Source of the DNA: Leucoraja ocellata
Lineage: Eukaryota
Assembly (NCBI GenBank): GCA_036785375.1
Contig: JAWMAR010000098.1
Coordinates: forward strand, 3,162,001 to 3,226,000
DNA: 64,000 nt
Direction of reading: 5' to 3'
This document shows, one piece after another, positions 13,932 to 27,582 of the stretch. The notes beneath the pieces are model-generated. The model was not told where the DNA came from, searched no databases, and was given only the letters and a program-made list of their open reading frames with translations. How positions within the stretch are numbered: the stretch's first letter is position 1; every line of letters begins with the position of its first letter. The translations under genes and the position numbers were made by a program.

Positions 13932-14031
13932 CATTTGCTATGTCGCTCTTCCAGGGAGATGCTAAATGCATTTAGTTGTCTCTGTACTGTACACTGACAA
14001 TGACAATTAAAATTGAATCTGAATCTGAATC
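13932..14031 (+). mobile_element. Very short LINE 3' tail (Rex1/RTE-like) with (gaatct)n end
   Basis: gcatttagttgtctctgtactgtacactgacaatgacaattaaaattgaatctgaatctgaatct; flanked by taattatta repeats. Confidence 0.55.
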
Positions 14032-14294
14032 TAATTATTACTTTATTTTCAATGAGAACTATTTTAGCAAAAATAAGACATCCTCCCTTGATCACATTAA
14101 TATGGACACAATATCCCAACATTTTCCTGATTTACCCTACAGGACTGATAGGGTAACCCAGCTGCCTTCCCTTCTATGTTATGTGGTCAGCTGTACATCA
14201 CGTTCACAGCCCAAACCAAGCTCCACATAACATGAAGAAACAATGACAGTCAAGGTGCTGTTGTCCCACTAACACTGACTGGATGTACGGCTAC

Positions 14295-14420
14295 TACACA
14301 GAGACGGCAGATGCCAGAATCTGGAGCAAAGGGAATGGTTCCAACCCGAAACATAGTCTGTCCATTTCCCTCTCTAGATGCTGCCTGGCCAGCTGAGTCT
14401 CTCCAGCAGTTCGTTTTTTT
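14295..14420. mobile_element. Degraded PLE fold-back remnant
   Basis: gcagatgccagaatctggagc followed by cccgaaacat...agatgctgcctggccagctgagt. Confidence 0.55.
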
Positions 14421-14439
14421 GAGCAGGAATTTAAGAAGA

Positions 14440-15210
14440 TTTATAGCAGACGCAGTATTTTTGGGTCATTCAGCACCTCTGCTTGCTCCATTCAATAAGA
14501 TCATAGTTAATCTTCAATTAGATCATGATTAATCATTTGCATCAGCACCACTTTTCTGCACTAATCTTGTTTCTTATGATTGTCCTGCTATCTAATAATC
14601 TACTGATCTCTGAGTTAAGTAAAATCACCAACTCAGATCCCAAAGCCATCCAAAAGCTCCCTGGTATTTTGTGAAGGAATTCTCCCTCATCTCATTCCTG
14701 AATGTTCAACCTCTTGTTTTGATACTGTAACCCTGGTTCCAGACACCCCTTCAAACGCACATCTACCTGTTCAGCCCACTAGGAAGTTAGTATGTTTTTT
14801 TAATGAGATCATCACTCACTCTTTTAATCTCAGGAGCAGAGATCGCACCTGACATCCCTGGAATCGATCTGGTGAATCTTTGCTGCACTCCCTCGATCCC
14901 AAGTGTACCTTTTCTCAGAGGGTGTGACAACCTCCGTGCACAATATTCCACATCTGATCTCAGTGGGACCTTCTCTAATTGGAGCTAGACATCTCTAATC
15001 TTGTTCTTCATCCCTGTTGCGATAATGGCAACCATTCCATTTGCTTTCCTTACCACATGTAAACTTCCAATGTCTCATGTACAAGGACATCTTATGTTCC
15101 TCTCAACATCAACACTTTGTAATATTTTCTCATGTAAAAATCCTCCAGCTTTCTTTTTTTTTCCTTAAGTGGATAACCTCACATTCTCCCCACATTATTT
15201 TCCACGTAAT
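14440..15210 (-). mobile_element. Old CR1 LINE fragment
   Basis: ctccattcaataagatcat...ccctggttccagacacc...ggtgaatctttgctgcactccctc...aagtggataacctcacatt. Confidence 0.7.
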
Positions 15211-15249
15211 GTCTTTCTGAAGTCCCTTGTCACAACCCACACCATCACA

Positions 15250-15392
15250 TGTAGAGTAGAAACAAAGAACTGCTGATGCTGGTTTATACCAAAGATAGAC
15301 ACAAAGTGCTGGAGTATCTCAGCGGGTCAGGCAACTTCTCTGGAGACAAAGGATGGGTGATGTTTCAGATTGCCACCCTTCTTCAGACTGAC
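15250..15392 (-). mobile_element. PLE terminus
   Basis: gaactgctgatgctggtttataccaaagatagacacaaagtgctggag...cccttcttcagactga. Confidence 0.75.
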
Positions 15393-18300
15393 TTTTTGGG
15401 CCGGGTTCCACCATGTATATATGTGAATACACTGCTTTTAATGTTCTGACCGAGATAGTCATCATAGTATATGAACAGCTGAAGCCCCAGCAATGATCAC
15501 TTTGACACCCCACTCAGCTCACGACCTGAAAACAACGTTCTGATCATTTCTACTCTCTCTGTTCTGCTCACTAACTAAGTTCTCTATCCACAGTGTATAT
15601 AGGCACTGCCACCATGCAATTTAATTCTGTTTAATAATATCTCCTGCGGTACCTTATTGAAGCATTCTGTAAATACTAATATGTGGATCAAATGCATTGT
15701 TCTTATTTATTCTGCTAGTTGCAAACACAAAAAACTCCAACAAATTTGTCAAAATCAATTCCCATTTTATAAATCCACATTGACTTTCCTAAGCCAATTA
15801 TTATTTTCTAAATGTTACCACTTCCTTATTTATAGAAATCAGCATTCTTCATATTTCTGGTGTCGGTTTAATTGGTCTACAATTTCCTGTTTTCTCTCTC
15901 CTTACATTGTTTCATAAGGTGTTGAATTTTTTTTATTTTTCAATCTGTGGGAACCAGAATAGAAATCGGTAGCGCAATGAAAGCTGACAACAAGTGCATC
16001 CATTATTTGCATGGTTCTCCCCTACAAAATCCTGGTTATCAGGCCATTTACCTGCGGGGATTTATCACATTTCAGTTCCATTAATGTTCCACGATGCTTA
16101 TGAGAAAGAAACGAGTTAAGCATTGAATAGCAAAGTTTGCAAGTGTGTGTGTTCAAAAATCCTTTCGTTGACAGATGTTAACCAAAGGTGTGGAATCAGG
16201 AGTGTAGTGAGGGCTGCCACTATCCCAGATATGAAACAATTGTAAGTGCCATCAAATGAAACTGGCACCGTGATTAATGGCTTTTGGCAACCCACGATGA
16301 AAATGGCTCCAGTGGGCATGACGTCAAGGCTCCTGCAATAAACCAACCCTACATAGTCTTCAACAAGCTCGGTATTTAAGCTTTACAATTCATACTAATG
16401 GGCTCGAAACAAAGAGAATGCTGCCTTGAATACACTGGACTTGGCTTTTCACAATCAAAGGCTTACAACACTTGCAAGGCTTTTGAGTCTATTATAGTTG
16501 CCCTTCAACCACCTTCCAAGGACAAGAATTATAATATTACTATGCCAGAAACACTGCCGTGTAATGCAGGATGCATTTCCAAATAAAGTGATGGAGGATT
16601 TCTCAGCATCTGGCCCCAGGCTCATCCATAGATTTTGACAGCAAGGCCTGTGGGATACCAAGATGATGAGGGGGAAAAAAAGCAACATTTTAAAATCTGT
16701 ATTCATTCCATGTGCATATTGTGAGCTCGGGTCCAGGGTCAGGTCAGACAGAGTGAGCCCTGTATACAAAAAAGCGAGAAACACTGGCCTACTGGTTCTA
16801 AACTGCAAGGTGTTAAGGCAGAATGTGGTTGCAAGTTTATACTAAAACCCCCAAGGAACTCAATATCACAGAACTGATGGAGACTTACTGATGCTCTTTC
16901 GCATGTGTGAGAGCTATTATAATGGCTGCTACTGTGAGAAGATTTTATTTTTAATAGTCTTTAAAGTAGACTTTGTGGTCCAAAAGTGTTAGCGTGTAAA
17001 TTTAGAATTCACAATATTGTGGTAAATAGCTCCTGACACACACACACACGGTTGACACACAATAACCCATTAGAGTTCTTTTCTGTAGAAACATAATCAC
17101 ATTTTAATTTTGGCCAGCCCGCTTGGCGGGTTAAGCATTTTGAACGAGCACAGCTGCAACTTGCTATTGATATAGTGTATTTAATTCAGCTGAAATTTCT
17201 TGATTGTGAAAAATCCCTGATCTAAGCCTGTAACTCATTTAATCAATAGGCTCAATGTAGACCTGGGGCCTCACGCAAGCCTGTCAGGTCACATTCAAGC
17301 CTTTGAAGTAACAAAAGCAATTATTACATTCCTGGTGATGAACTGTACCTGTCTGCTGCACAACAGAATGCCTCCTGTATCAACACCCTTTTCATTGTGC
17401 AAAGACCCTCTGGAGAAAGGACACACGATATTTCTACCTAAACATAAATATATCCTCTCCTTGGAGCTGGCTGCCTTATCCGAGTAGACCCTTATAGAAA
17501 GCCCAGTTCCCTCGTGTTTCATTGGTAACAAGTATTTATTTGATTGCCTCTGTCTTTATAAAGCAACTTGGTCTGCAGAAAATATAGAGCATATAAACAC
17601 GAGGTTGTTACAGTTGCACAGGGAGGCAGTATTTTAAAATAAATCTATGTCTCGATCTCTCCAAAGTGCTTAATCTGACAAGTTGCTGGTGAAATTAAAA
17701 TGCAATGTTGTTTCCAGGGGGGGAAAAAAACTGTGATGATTGTGTGTCTATCATATATATTTGACAGCATCATGAATCCTACAATCACACACTAAGCCTT
17801 TCGGACCACAAAGTCTTCTGTACTCTATTAATTTTTCAGGTAAATTTGGCATCTGTTTTTTCTTTTGTTTAAAATGCAGGAGACTGGAAGTTGGAGGTGA
17901 GACAGTCAAAATCTGGCAACAAAAACAACCCAGTTACTGAATAATTGTGATCCACGATTGATGAAGAAAGGTTGGCTGGAAATGCAGCTGAGTTAGGAAA
18001 ATACATTAAAACTTTTTCTTGTCTGGAATAATTCAGAAACACTGGCTTCAGCCTGAACGAATTCCACTTTGAAAGAAATCTCTAAGGGTTAAATAGGTAA
18101 TAGAATTAGAAGATTTATACCATTTTGCTAACTGTGCCAAAGAATGTATAAGTTAATTGGACACAATCATCCTTCGTAACATCTAACCATGCCTTGTACA
18201 TATACCGCAATTTAAAGACAACTTTTAAAAGATAGGTTTTCATAAAGGAATATTACATTTAAGCCGGGGGAATTCTGCTGCCCAACGACTCAAATTGAAT

Positions 18301-19751
18301 TGGTTACAAATACGAATAAACAGAGTAAGTTCAGCCAATGCAGACAGCAGGAAAAGGGAGAGGGAGTATATTAGAGATTTCAGCTGTGATAGGACCTATG
18401 CTCGCACTCACTCTGTAACTGGCATCTGGAGCAGATTTGCTGCAACAGACATTGAAGAACTAGATTACATCCAGTTAACTGGGCTCTAAACTGATTATGC
18501 ATGTGCCAAACTAATGGATTACATTTGCAAGAGGAAAAATAACATCCAATCAATCTCAATTACGGCAGACCACACCAGCCCAGATAAACTTGAAAGTATC
18601 CAGCAACTACCCACAACTGTACCTCCTCTCCTCTCCAACGGTTCGACATAAAGAGATCGGTATATTCAGTCCGAAACAAAAGTAGCTGATGGGGAAATGC
18701 CATCACTGCGAGGCAGCAAGCGATAAAGAGGCGGTTACACTCTCTGTGGGTTTTCTGGCCCATTATTTAGCTATTTTAGAAAGCACTGCCCTCCGAGATT
18801 CTTTTGTCTCCATGTTTTCAATTTGTTAAAAAACAAGTTAACTGCTGGTGAACTTTACACATATTATGGTGAGGATGGGATGTAGTTTAACAGTGCTACA
18901 GGCAGCAGTGCTTGACTGTCTATTAGATACCTGCCTATACATAAAGACCAGCCAATCAACTACCTATCGTATCCTGTCCCTGCCATTTGGATTCCACCCT
19001 GTCCAGTTGGGATGAAGTATAGTTTTCACAGGCCTTGGCAATAGAGGTCGGTGGTGGAATTTGACAAAACCAGGCAAATGCAATTTGGTCCCCGTTTTAA
19101 AACCATACACTGTCTCTGTACTTTTATGTTTCATTGTGAATTCCTGACACCCACATTAGTAACAGGAAATGCCTTTGTAAATCCGTAAGGCTATAATTTT
19201 AGACATCTGACGACCATGGCTTTCCATTGCCTCTACTGGTAGGACAGTGCAAGTGTTACAAGTTCACACAAGAGATCGAAAGTACAGCAAGCAGGCAGGA
19301 ACGACATTTACTTGGGATTTATTTTTTAATAACATTCATATTTTGATGTTATTGATACAAGATTGGTAAAATGTTGATTTATTGAAATCTGATGCGGCCC
19401 AAATATGAATCATTTTACAAACATATTCAGGGTATTAGCAGGGCAGTCACCTTGGGGCAGATGCGCTGAACTTTGACCTGCGTTCCCCTTAAAAGCAGAA
19501 ATTCAACATCCCACCCTGGCCACCAGGAGGAGCTTGTATTTCAATATCATGGACCAGGGAGACGGGAAAGGGTGGAGGAGATTCATGGAGAAATCCATTT
19601 CCTGGACCATCCAAATCCTGAGGAGGGGTGCAGTAAATAGGAGCAAAGACCTAAATGGGAACTGTATAAGTTTTAAATCGTATAATATTAACAACGGCCA
19701 TAGGTTTCACAACCTGCTGTTTATTTAATTAAGCATTTTGTGTAATTTATA

Positions 19752-19860
19752 CACACGAAGCTAGAGTAACTCCACGGGACAGACAGCATCTCTGGAGAGA
19801 AGGAATAGATGACGTTTTGGGTCGCGACCCTTCTTCTGACTGCATCCTTCTTACTCGTAG
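19752..19860 (-). mobile_element. PLE terminus with 11-bp TSD
   Basis: tgtaatttata at 19741-19751 and 19861-19871 flanks the family sequence. Confidence 0.75.
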
Positions 19861-20479
19861 TGTAATTTATAAATCTGGACATACATTAGATCTTGATAAA
19901 ATAACAGCCAAGCTTAGGGATGAAACAATAGCATTCAAAACTAAAGGGGGTGAAGTACAATAGAAACAGTTAGCAAGAAACAGCTTTTCAAGCTTCAGTT
20001 TAGGCCAATATCCATGCATTCATGCACCGCATACATGCACTCACATACATGCACTCACATACATGCACATCTCTCTCCCCGGCAATGCAAGCACGCCTGT
20101 CTCTTTTCTCCTCATCCCATTCCCCTGTTCTGAATGAGCTGTCCGAAGCTCTCTTGGGACACAGTTTTGGAACAGAGATAAACAATATTGTCATCAATTG
20201 TGTGTACCAGCACAGTGCCGAAACTGAAATCAAACATTCCTAGCCTGTAACAGCTACCAAAGAACAGTTTTGTCCAACATAATAATGACTCCTGTCTTAT
20301 CATCACCTTTCTAAGTCAAAATGCCCTTTCCAGTTGACGCATCAAGCATTGACCAGCTTCCTAAATCTCAAAACCCGAGCCGTAAGGAAAAAATAATGGA
20401 AAGTCCATTAGTGGATGCCTCTCATTATTGCCCTTCTTTGTGAATGATATGTGTGGAATAAGTGTAGACATTGTCCTTT

Positions 20480-20790
20480 GAGGAGTCAGCTTCACAATCC
20501 TCTGAGTTTCATACAATAATTTCACATGTTGACTATTCAAGTGCACATCCAATGCATTATTTAACTATGTAGTTAGTAAATTATCCTAGCTAACATTTAT
20601 TCCTGAGCTAATATGGTTAATTATAGACTACAATGTCCATTTATTCTTGTTGCTGTTTGTGTGACCTTATTGTGAGCTGACTGGCCACTGTGCTTGTGTA
20701 CAAAACATGTCTGACTGCACCAAAACTATTTCATAGGCCTAGTGTATCTTTGGATGTCATGGGTTCATGGAAAGAGCTGGATTAATTGTT
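20480..20790 (+). mobile_element. Degraded DeuSINE-like element
   Basis: atcctagctaacatttattcc...ttgctgtttgtgtgacctt...gactgcaccaaaactatttcataggc...tttggatgtcatgggttcatggaaagagct. Confidence 0.45.
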
Positions 20791-20890
20791 TAAAGAAAGG
20801 ACACAACCTGAAACATCACCTATCCCTATTTTCCAGAGATGCTGCCTGACCTGCGGAGTTACCCCAGCGCTTTGTGTTTCTTTTCAGTAA
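20790..20890 (+). mobile_element. PLE terminus (degraded)
   Basis: cctgaaacatcacctatccctattttccagagatgctgcctgacctgcggagttacccc. Confidence 0.65.
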
Positions 20891-20895
20891 ACTAA

Positions 20896-21205
20896 TGGCA
20901 GAGTGGCGCAGCAGTAGAATTGCTGCCTTACAGCATCAGAGACACAGGTTCGATCCTAACTATGGGCGCTGTCTGTAAGGGGTTTGTAAGTTCTCCCTGT
21001 GACCGCGTGGGTTTCCGCCAGGTGCTCCGGTTTCCTTCCACGTTCCAAAGGCATGCAGGTTTGTAGGTTAGTTGTCTTCAGCAAACCGCCCCTATCGTGT
21101 AGGATGCAAAACTGGGGTAACAGAGAATGAGTGTACGGGTGATCATTGGTCAACGTGGATTCGGTGGGTCAAAGTTTCCATGCTGTATCTCTAAACTAAA
21201 ATAAA
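20896..21205 (+). mobile_element. V-SINE (HE1-like)
   Basis: A box tggcgcagcag, B box ggttcgatcc, V domain, tail ctgtatctctaaactaaa. Confidence 0.85.
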
Positions 21206-21556
21206 TCTGCAATTCAAGTTAGTTTCATTTTCATCAACAGATGTTCTTCCACTCACCTAATACTGCTGATCAGTATTGGGTGCAGATTTTCGTTTGAGTT
21301 GTGTGGCCATGGTGACTCAGAATTTATATCTGGCAACCCAAAGTCAAGGAAGATCCGAGTGCCAGAGGCAGTGTGAGCCAGGCTTACTCTGCATCTTTTA
21401 ATGATTTCAAATTCAGTCTTTCAAATGCAATAAGGAAAAGGATTACATTTTCCTATCAATATCCCTCTAAACGACCAATGCAGCATTTTAATGCCGTTTA
21501 GTTCAAGTTTCCTGTTGGTCATACTTAATATTATCTTCTGAATTTCTGTTCCAGAC

Positions 21557-21890
21557 AGTCATACAGCATAGACACAGGCAGTGGCGGACTGGGTCTAAAA
21601 ATATTGGTTGCCAGGAGACAAAGGGGACCCACCCACAACTACAATGCTATCATTTAACAGGGGCCCACTTGCCATCACTTGCTGCCACTTCATCAGGGGC
21701 CCACGCCATCGGGCAAGCTGACACCCTGGCCAGTCCGCCAGTGGACACAGGTCCATCAGCCCAACTTGCCCACACCAACCAACGTCTCATCTACACTAGT
21801 CTCATCTGCCTACATTAGGTCCATATCCCTCCAAACCTGTCCTCTCCACATACCTGTCTAAATGTTTCTTAAACGTTGCAATTGTGCCTA
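21557..21890 (-). mobile_element. CR1 3' tail (host of hAT MITE)
   Basis: agtcatacagcatagacacagg[MITE]tccatcagcccaacttgcccacacc...acctgtctaaatgtttcttaaa. Confidence 0.75.
21579..21743. mobile_element. 165-bp hAT-type MITE
   Basis: TIRs cagtggcggactgg / ccagtccgccagtg (1 mismatch); perfect 8-bp TSD gacacagg (21571-21578, 21744-21751); inserted in a CR1 tail. Confidence 0.85.
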
Positions 21891-22033
21891 CGAATGGATT
21901 GATGGATTTGGAGAATGAGCCATATGTTCTTATTCTCATGTGCATTTTGATTATTGAGCATTTTTAACAATTAGGACAGAAAGCAATTAAGCTCCATTCA
22001 CCCAGGTCTGAAAGCAATACATGATTAATGTGT

Positions 22034-22238
22034 AAGAAGGAACTGCAGATGCTGGTTTAAACCAAAGATATGCACACAACACGTGGGACAGGCAGCATCT
22101 TTGGAGAGGAATGGGTGACGTTTCGGGTCGAGACCTTTTCAGGTCGAGTCTGAGGAAGGGTCTCGACCCGAAACATCACCCTTTCCTTCTGTCCAGAGAT
22201 GCTGCCTGTCTCGCTGAGTTACTCCAGCTTTTTGTGTC
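22034..22238. mobile_element. PLE fold-back element with 16-bp TSD
   Basis: Inverted arms around 22140; tacatgat(t/a)aatgtgt at 22018-22033 and 22239-22254. Confidence 0.8.
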
Positions 22239-22357
22239 TACATGATAAATGTGTTCGCTCCCCTTGAATTATTTTGCCCATACCAACATAAAACACATAA
22301 ATTGGGGGGGGAAGAGAGATGGGGAGTGGAGAGTATGTTACTTTGTAATGTCAATAA

Positions 22358-22530
22358 CTGGATGAATTCAAGAGGGAGTTAGATGTCACTCTTAGGGCTA
22401 ACGGAATCAAGGGATATGAGGTGAAGGCTGAAACGGGGTGCTGATTTTGGATGATCAGCCATGACCATATTGAATGGCAGTGCTGGCTCGAAGGGCTGAA
22501 TGGCCTACTCTTGCACTTAGTTTCTATGTT
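22358..22530 (+). mobile_element. CR1 3' fragment
   Basis: ttcaagagggagttagatg...gatcagccatgaccatattgaatggcagtgctggctcgaagggctgaatggcctactc. Confidence 0.8.
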
Positions 22531-25500
22531 CGGTGGGACTCACGGATTGGGGAATGAGATGGTATTCCAACATTAGCTGCTGGCTTATGTGCAACCAAAA
22601 TTGGCTCTATACTACGAATGTGAAACAGCATATGAATAAATAATTCATATTTTGTCAACTAAATTCCTTCTATTTGACGGAATTCAGAAATGTCTTCATA
22701 CACGGCCACGATTTATTGTGCAGGTGACCCATTTGTTCTACTTCATCCCAATGGTTTGAAAATCACCTTATTTCTAGTAAATGGTCGTCACTCGCAAGAT
22801 CTGAATCTTCATCAAATTCTCAACGTCACATTGAAAACAATGTTATGTAGTTTTTGCAAATGTTGCCAATGTCTGGTATAGCACCACCACCAGTGTGATA
22901 GCTTCATTACAGCACAAGATGAAGTGGATAAGTCCACTCCAGCATTGTTGCCAAGAAATTCATCCCTGGTCAGTAGCGGCAATAACCCCGAGCCATTTGT
23001 TGAAATCGGCCTCCGACATTCATTCCATTTCCTTCAGTGGACTCTAATTCCAGATGTTACGTGCAAGATTCTATTGCTGCATTAGAGCATATTTTACCCG
23101 GCTGACCACCAAAGAGATTTATTATGTAAAAATGAAAATTGCAGCAGAATGCTTGATTTTAAAATTGGAATAGACTTTCATTTGTGTTTCTTGGTCCAGG
23201 TGTCCCTTTGGCTTTAACTAAATCTACAGGGGCAAGGAGAGTGATAACTAAATAGAAATTTGCTCAGGAGGTGCCTAAAATAAGAACACATTTAATGCTT
23301 TTATGATGAAATGAAAAATGTACTGTACTGTAGCAATTTTTCCTGTCCAATCAACAATTTCCTTGTAAATTATTAGTTTACATTACTAAAAAGGACTGCT
23401 TGAAGCCAATACTTGGTGCCTATATTCTCATAGTCATGCCTTGAAATAATATATCAAAAGCGTTGTACGAAAGAGCTGCTTTGCAGAATCGTTCTTCGAC
23501 AAACTATGCATTCTGATTACAAACAGAATCTGCTCCCAAAAAACATAGGCTGCTCTGCGATCCTATCTCTGCTTTTTTAAATGAAACAGCTTTACTGGCA
23601 AGAAAGCGGCACTAAAAAAAATGTCCCAAAGCTACTGCCAAGTTGGGTTAACTACAAGTCTGTGCCTGACATTGAGTGGAAGGTAAGTGGAATAAGGCTG
23701 GTAGATTTATGGCCATTTGTACCTGATTGTTCATACTAAAGCCATTATGGAATGATTAGAGAAAAAGGTGAAGCTTTAAGTCCAGTGAAAATCAATATAA
23801 CTGTCTGCAGCAATTCAGCTGCCTGAGTCGAGTACCATTAACTGGATCTTTATCCCGTCTTAGGTTTCAGGGAGCTGGGCACAAGCTCGTTGCATGCCCA
23901 CCTGAACCGTGTTCTTCAGCCCGATTGCTAAGACATTTTCACCCCTTTCATAAACAATAATATTTTGCTTTTAAAATTGCTGATGATTTGAATGTACCCA
24001 ATATCATTAAAATGGCTTGAAGTCTGTATGGAAACGGATTCTTAACATTTGCCACCAATTCATACTGATCTATCCTCTCCTCAATATATCATCTTTGTCT
24101 GTAGCAGAATCGTTACCACGGCATCATAATATTGATATTCTCTATCCGACACCATTGAAGAACGTCTGTACATTACACTTTTTATACATAAATATCAGTC
24201 GTGCTATTTATTTCAGTACCATCACAGTTTTGGTCATTTGTAGATTAAGGTTTCACAGCACCATTTTGTTTAATTTGTGCATGTGGGCAATTCTCACTTC
24301 AACAGTAAAGTATGTTCACAAGGGAATGGAAGCTCGAAAGATGGAGCAAATATGTTCCCCAAACCAATTCCACTGAAGCCTTTTACATCCTTTCTCACAT
24401 TCCCTTTCCTTTCTACTTTCAGAACAAATAATCAACAAGCTGAACAACAGTACAGATCCAGACTGGCACAACAATTAAACACCAAACATGCTAATATAAA
24501 CATTCATGCTGGTTAACCCTTTAAAGTTTGGTAACAAATCAGAGCCTTGCACAAAGCACAGCCAAGGGTATTTGCTGGTCCATTTCTAGTCAGTCATTTG
24601 GTGGAGTATGGATAGAACGACTAATTCTGAATCTGAGTGGAAAACATTTCTTGATTGATACCATGTGTGATCTTGAAAGAAGCTTAAAACAAACAGTTTG
24701 AACCTCTGGGACTCTGTTCCATTCGGTCAAAATGCTGTCCCAGACCTTAAATGCGTAGGTATTTCAGAGATGTTTGACCTTACATTTGCCAGGAGTATAG
24801 TCTCCGAATATACAGTGCTGCATATTTATGTAGCCAGCAATAAAAATAAATTGAACATAGGTTATCTTAGCTGAAAGCCCTAACAGTTAAAATCTTTATA
24901 TCTCAGGTTCCAAAAGTTGTAAGCCAGTAACTGTTAAATCTAGACAATCAAAAATAGACTCGGCTACCAATTCCCCAGCACAAATGTCACCCCCCACCAT
25001 AATTTATTTATCAGCAAAAGCTACTTTAGACACAAATCTATGGAAAAGGACAACAGATCATACAAGGCACAACGTATCAGAAGAATTCGTTATTTTTGTC
25101 TTTGGAAGAAAATTACATTTTGACGAATAACATCACATCAGCTTTACATCTGTCTACAGGACGTGTCCATGCATCTACGTTTAGTTTAGACCTGAGATCA
25201 ACAGTGCGCTGATTTTGAATATAACAGCACATCACCAAAATTCATAGACACTCCTATGGTTGGAGGATTTTTGCAATTTCAATGAAGAAAAAACAAGTCA
25301 ACATGAAGATGTTGATAATGACCATTACTATTCTTCCCGACAGATGGGCCCCATATCACGCACATTTCCTTGACTGTGTTAGGTCGTGTTGTTTTGTTCT
25401 ACAATTAATTCCCCCCCCCACCCCACAATGAGAATGACATGCAGACAAAGTGAGAGAGCAAGTGAAGAAAAGACCAGTGAGATAGGAAGAATGAGATGGA

Positions 25501-25799
25501 AGGATGCACCGAGATATTGTGAAGAGAGGGCTATGCTAGAGAGGAAGAGAGATGGGACCGATATAGTGTATATAGCAATCAAGGTATAAATGACAGGTAG
25601 GTATCTGTCCTAGGGGGAAGACTGCAGCAATTATAACACAATTAGTTCAGTTTTATTGATGAGGGATTGGGGAGAATTGATGGTGATTGGGGAGGACAGG
25701 GGGGATGGGGGGAGGGACCGGGGGGGGGGAGGATAGGGAAAGTAACTACGTGGGCAAAACTTAGAAAGAAAGAATGGAGTGAAGTAAAAGGTCATGTAC

Positions 25800-26200
25800 A
25801 TTATAGAGTCATAGATACAGCATGCAAACAGGCCCTTCAGCCCAATTTGCCCACGCCAACCAACATGCCCCATTTGTACCAGTCCCATCTGCCTGCTTTT
25901 GGAACATATCCCCCTAAGACTACCCTATCCATGTACCTGTCTAAATGTTTCCTCTGACAGCTTGTTCCATACACCTGCCACCCTCTAAGTAAAAATGTTA
26001 CCCTTCAGGTTTCCCTTAAACCTTTCCTCCCTCACCTGAAACCTATGTCCTCTGGTTCTCGATTCCCCTACTCTAGGCAAAAGACTCTGTGCTTTTACCC
26101 GATCTATTCCTCTCATGACTTTGTAAACATGTATAAGATCACTCCTCACCTTCCTGTGCTGCAAGGAAAAAAACCCCACCCAGGTCAACCTCTCCCTATT
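25800..26200 (-). mobile_element. CR1 LINE 3' fragment
   Basis: ORF 25985..26188 DLIHVYKVMRGIDRV...PRVGESRTRGHRFQVR. Confidence 0.85.
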
Positions 26201-27582
26201 GTAGTAGTAATATGTTAATTACTTGATTAGCTTTAAAAGAAAGTGAATATAAGATTCAACAATCAGCACCTGTGCACACCACAGAGTTGCAATCAACAAA
26301 ACCAGTTGAATTTTTGAGCTACATTGGCAAATGAGTGGACAATGGGATGGCCAACCTTGCTGCCCAAGTTGCATTCCTGGTAATTGGGAGAATATTTCAC
26401 ACCCTGGAAATGCTGCAGAGGGGGGGTCAAAAAGCAGATCTATGGTCCTAGAGGACTGAGTAATGAGGGAAAAGCTAAAACCTAAGAATCTTTCAGCATA
26501 GAAAGCAGACAGTTAGGATAAGAGGGAAATATATGTCGCCCAGTGGAATACAAAAAAGCAAATCCTGAATACTAAATCATGCTAAATTGCAACTGCTTGA
26601 CAAGTAAGCATTGAAAATTAAGAACTTCATAGACAATGCAAGAAAGCATTGCTTCTTAATACAAATAAGTGAAAGCAAGAATAATGGATATGTGGAAGCA
26701 GATTGCAGCTTCATTGTATTAACGGGCTATGTGGGCCAAATGGCCTTGACTTATCTTTTTGAACTTTGCATTGAGAGACACATGAAGCACATGAGCAGGA
26801 TTGATATTGTGTAATTAGTAGGGGAAGGGAAAGGAATGAGTGAGAGTTTCAGAACCACAGAGTCGTGAATGGGAATAAAGTGACGAGTTTGCATTAATAT
26901 AAATTAATTATCTAACTCGACTTCATTCTGACTTTATGGATAGTTTTCCATAGACCCTAGGAGGTGCTGCAATGGGAGTCAACATTTGTATTCCAGATTT
27001 ACTTAATTGACTAAAATGGATCAGAGTATTGATTAATGAGTCAGGCAATCAGTCATGTGAAGCCTGTTGAACAACAGCCTGAGGGGCCAGTCTTCAGAAA
27101 GCTTGATGTTGAGCTCTGATTAAATAGGAAGGTTTTTCTTTAAATAAAACAAAATAATTTGCTCTCTGGTGTCACTCCCTTATGCTTACATTAAATGTGG
27201 AATTCTCAAGCCACCCAACCTTATTGGATCATTTGAACTGAGAGCCGAAAGAAACATTTATTTTTTGCTCGATATGTCAAAGTATTTTTAACTCCGACAA
27301 TATTTTCTTTCTAATCTGAGGACACCTCTTCTAGGTCTGTGGCTTCACCAATTTTACCTCAAACTTTCGTACAAAGCTGTTACATTCTTGAGTAAATTAA
27401 ACAATGTATAAAGTTTCTACAGGGCATTTTTTCTTAACTTGAAATGTCTAAAAAAAAACCTCCAAAGGACAATCCTTCATTAACAAATATTTGCTTTGCA
27501 AATTCCATGTATGGATAACTTAATGACTGCTGTTCACTGTAATTCAAGGAAGGACTGCATTGGGAGATGTTGGTTTCCTTAC

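Noticed and set aside
25660-25740. G-rich potential G-quadruplex (also 25-75)
   Set aside because: Low-complexity purine tract with no evidence of function.
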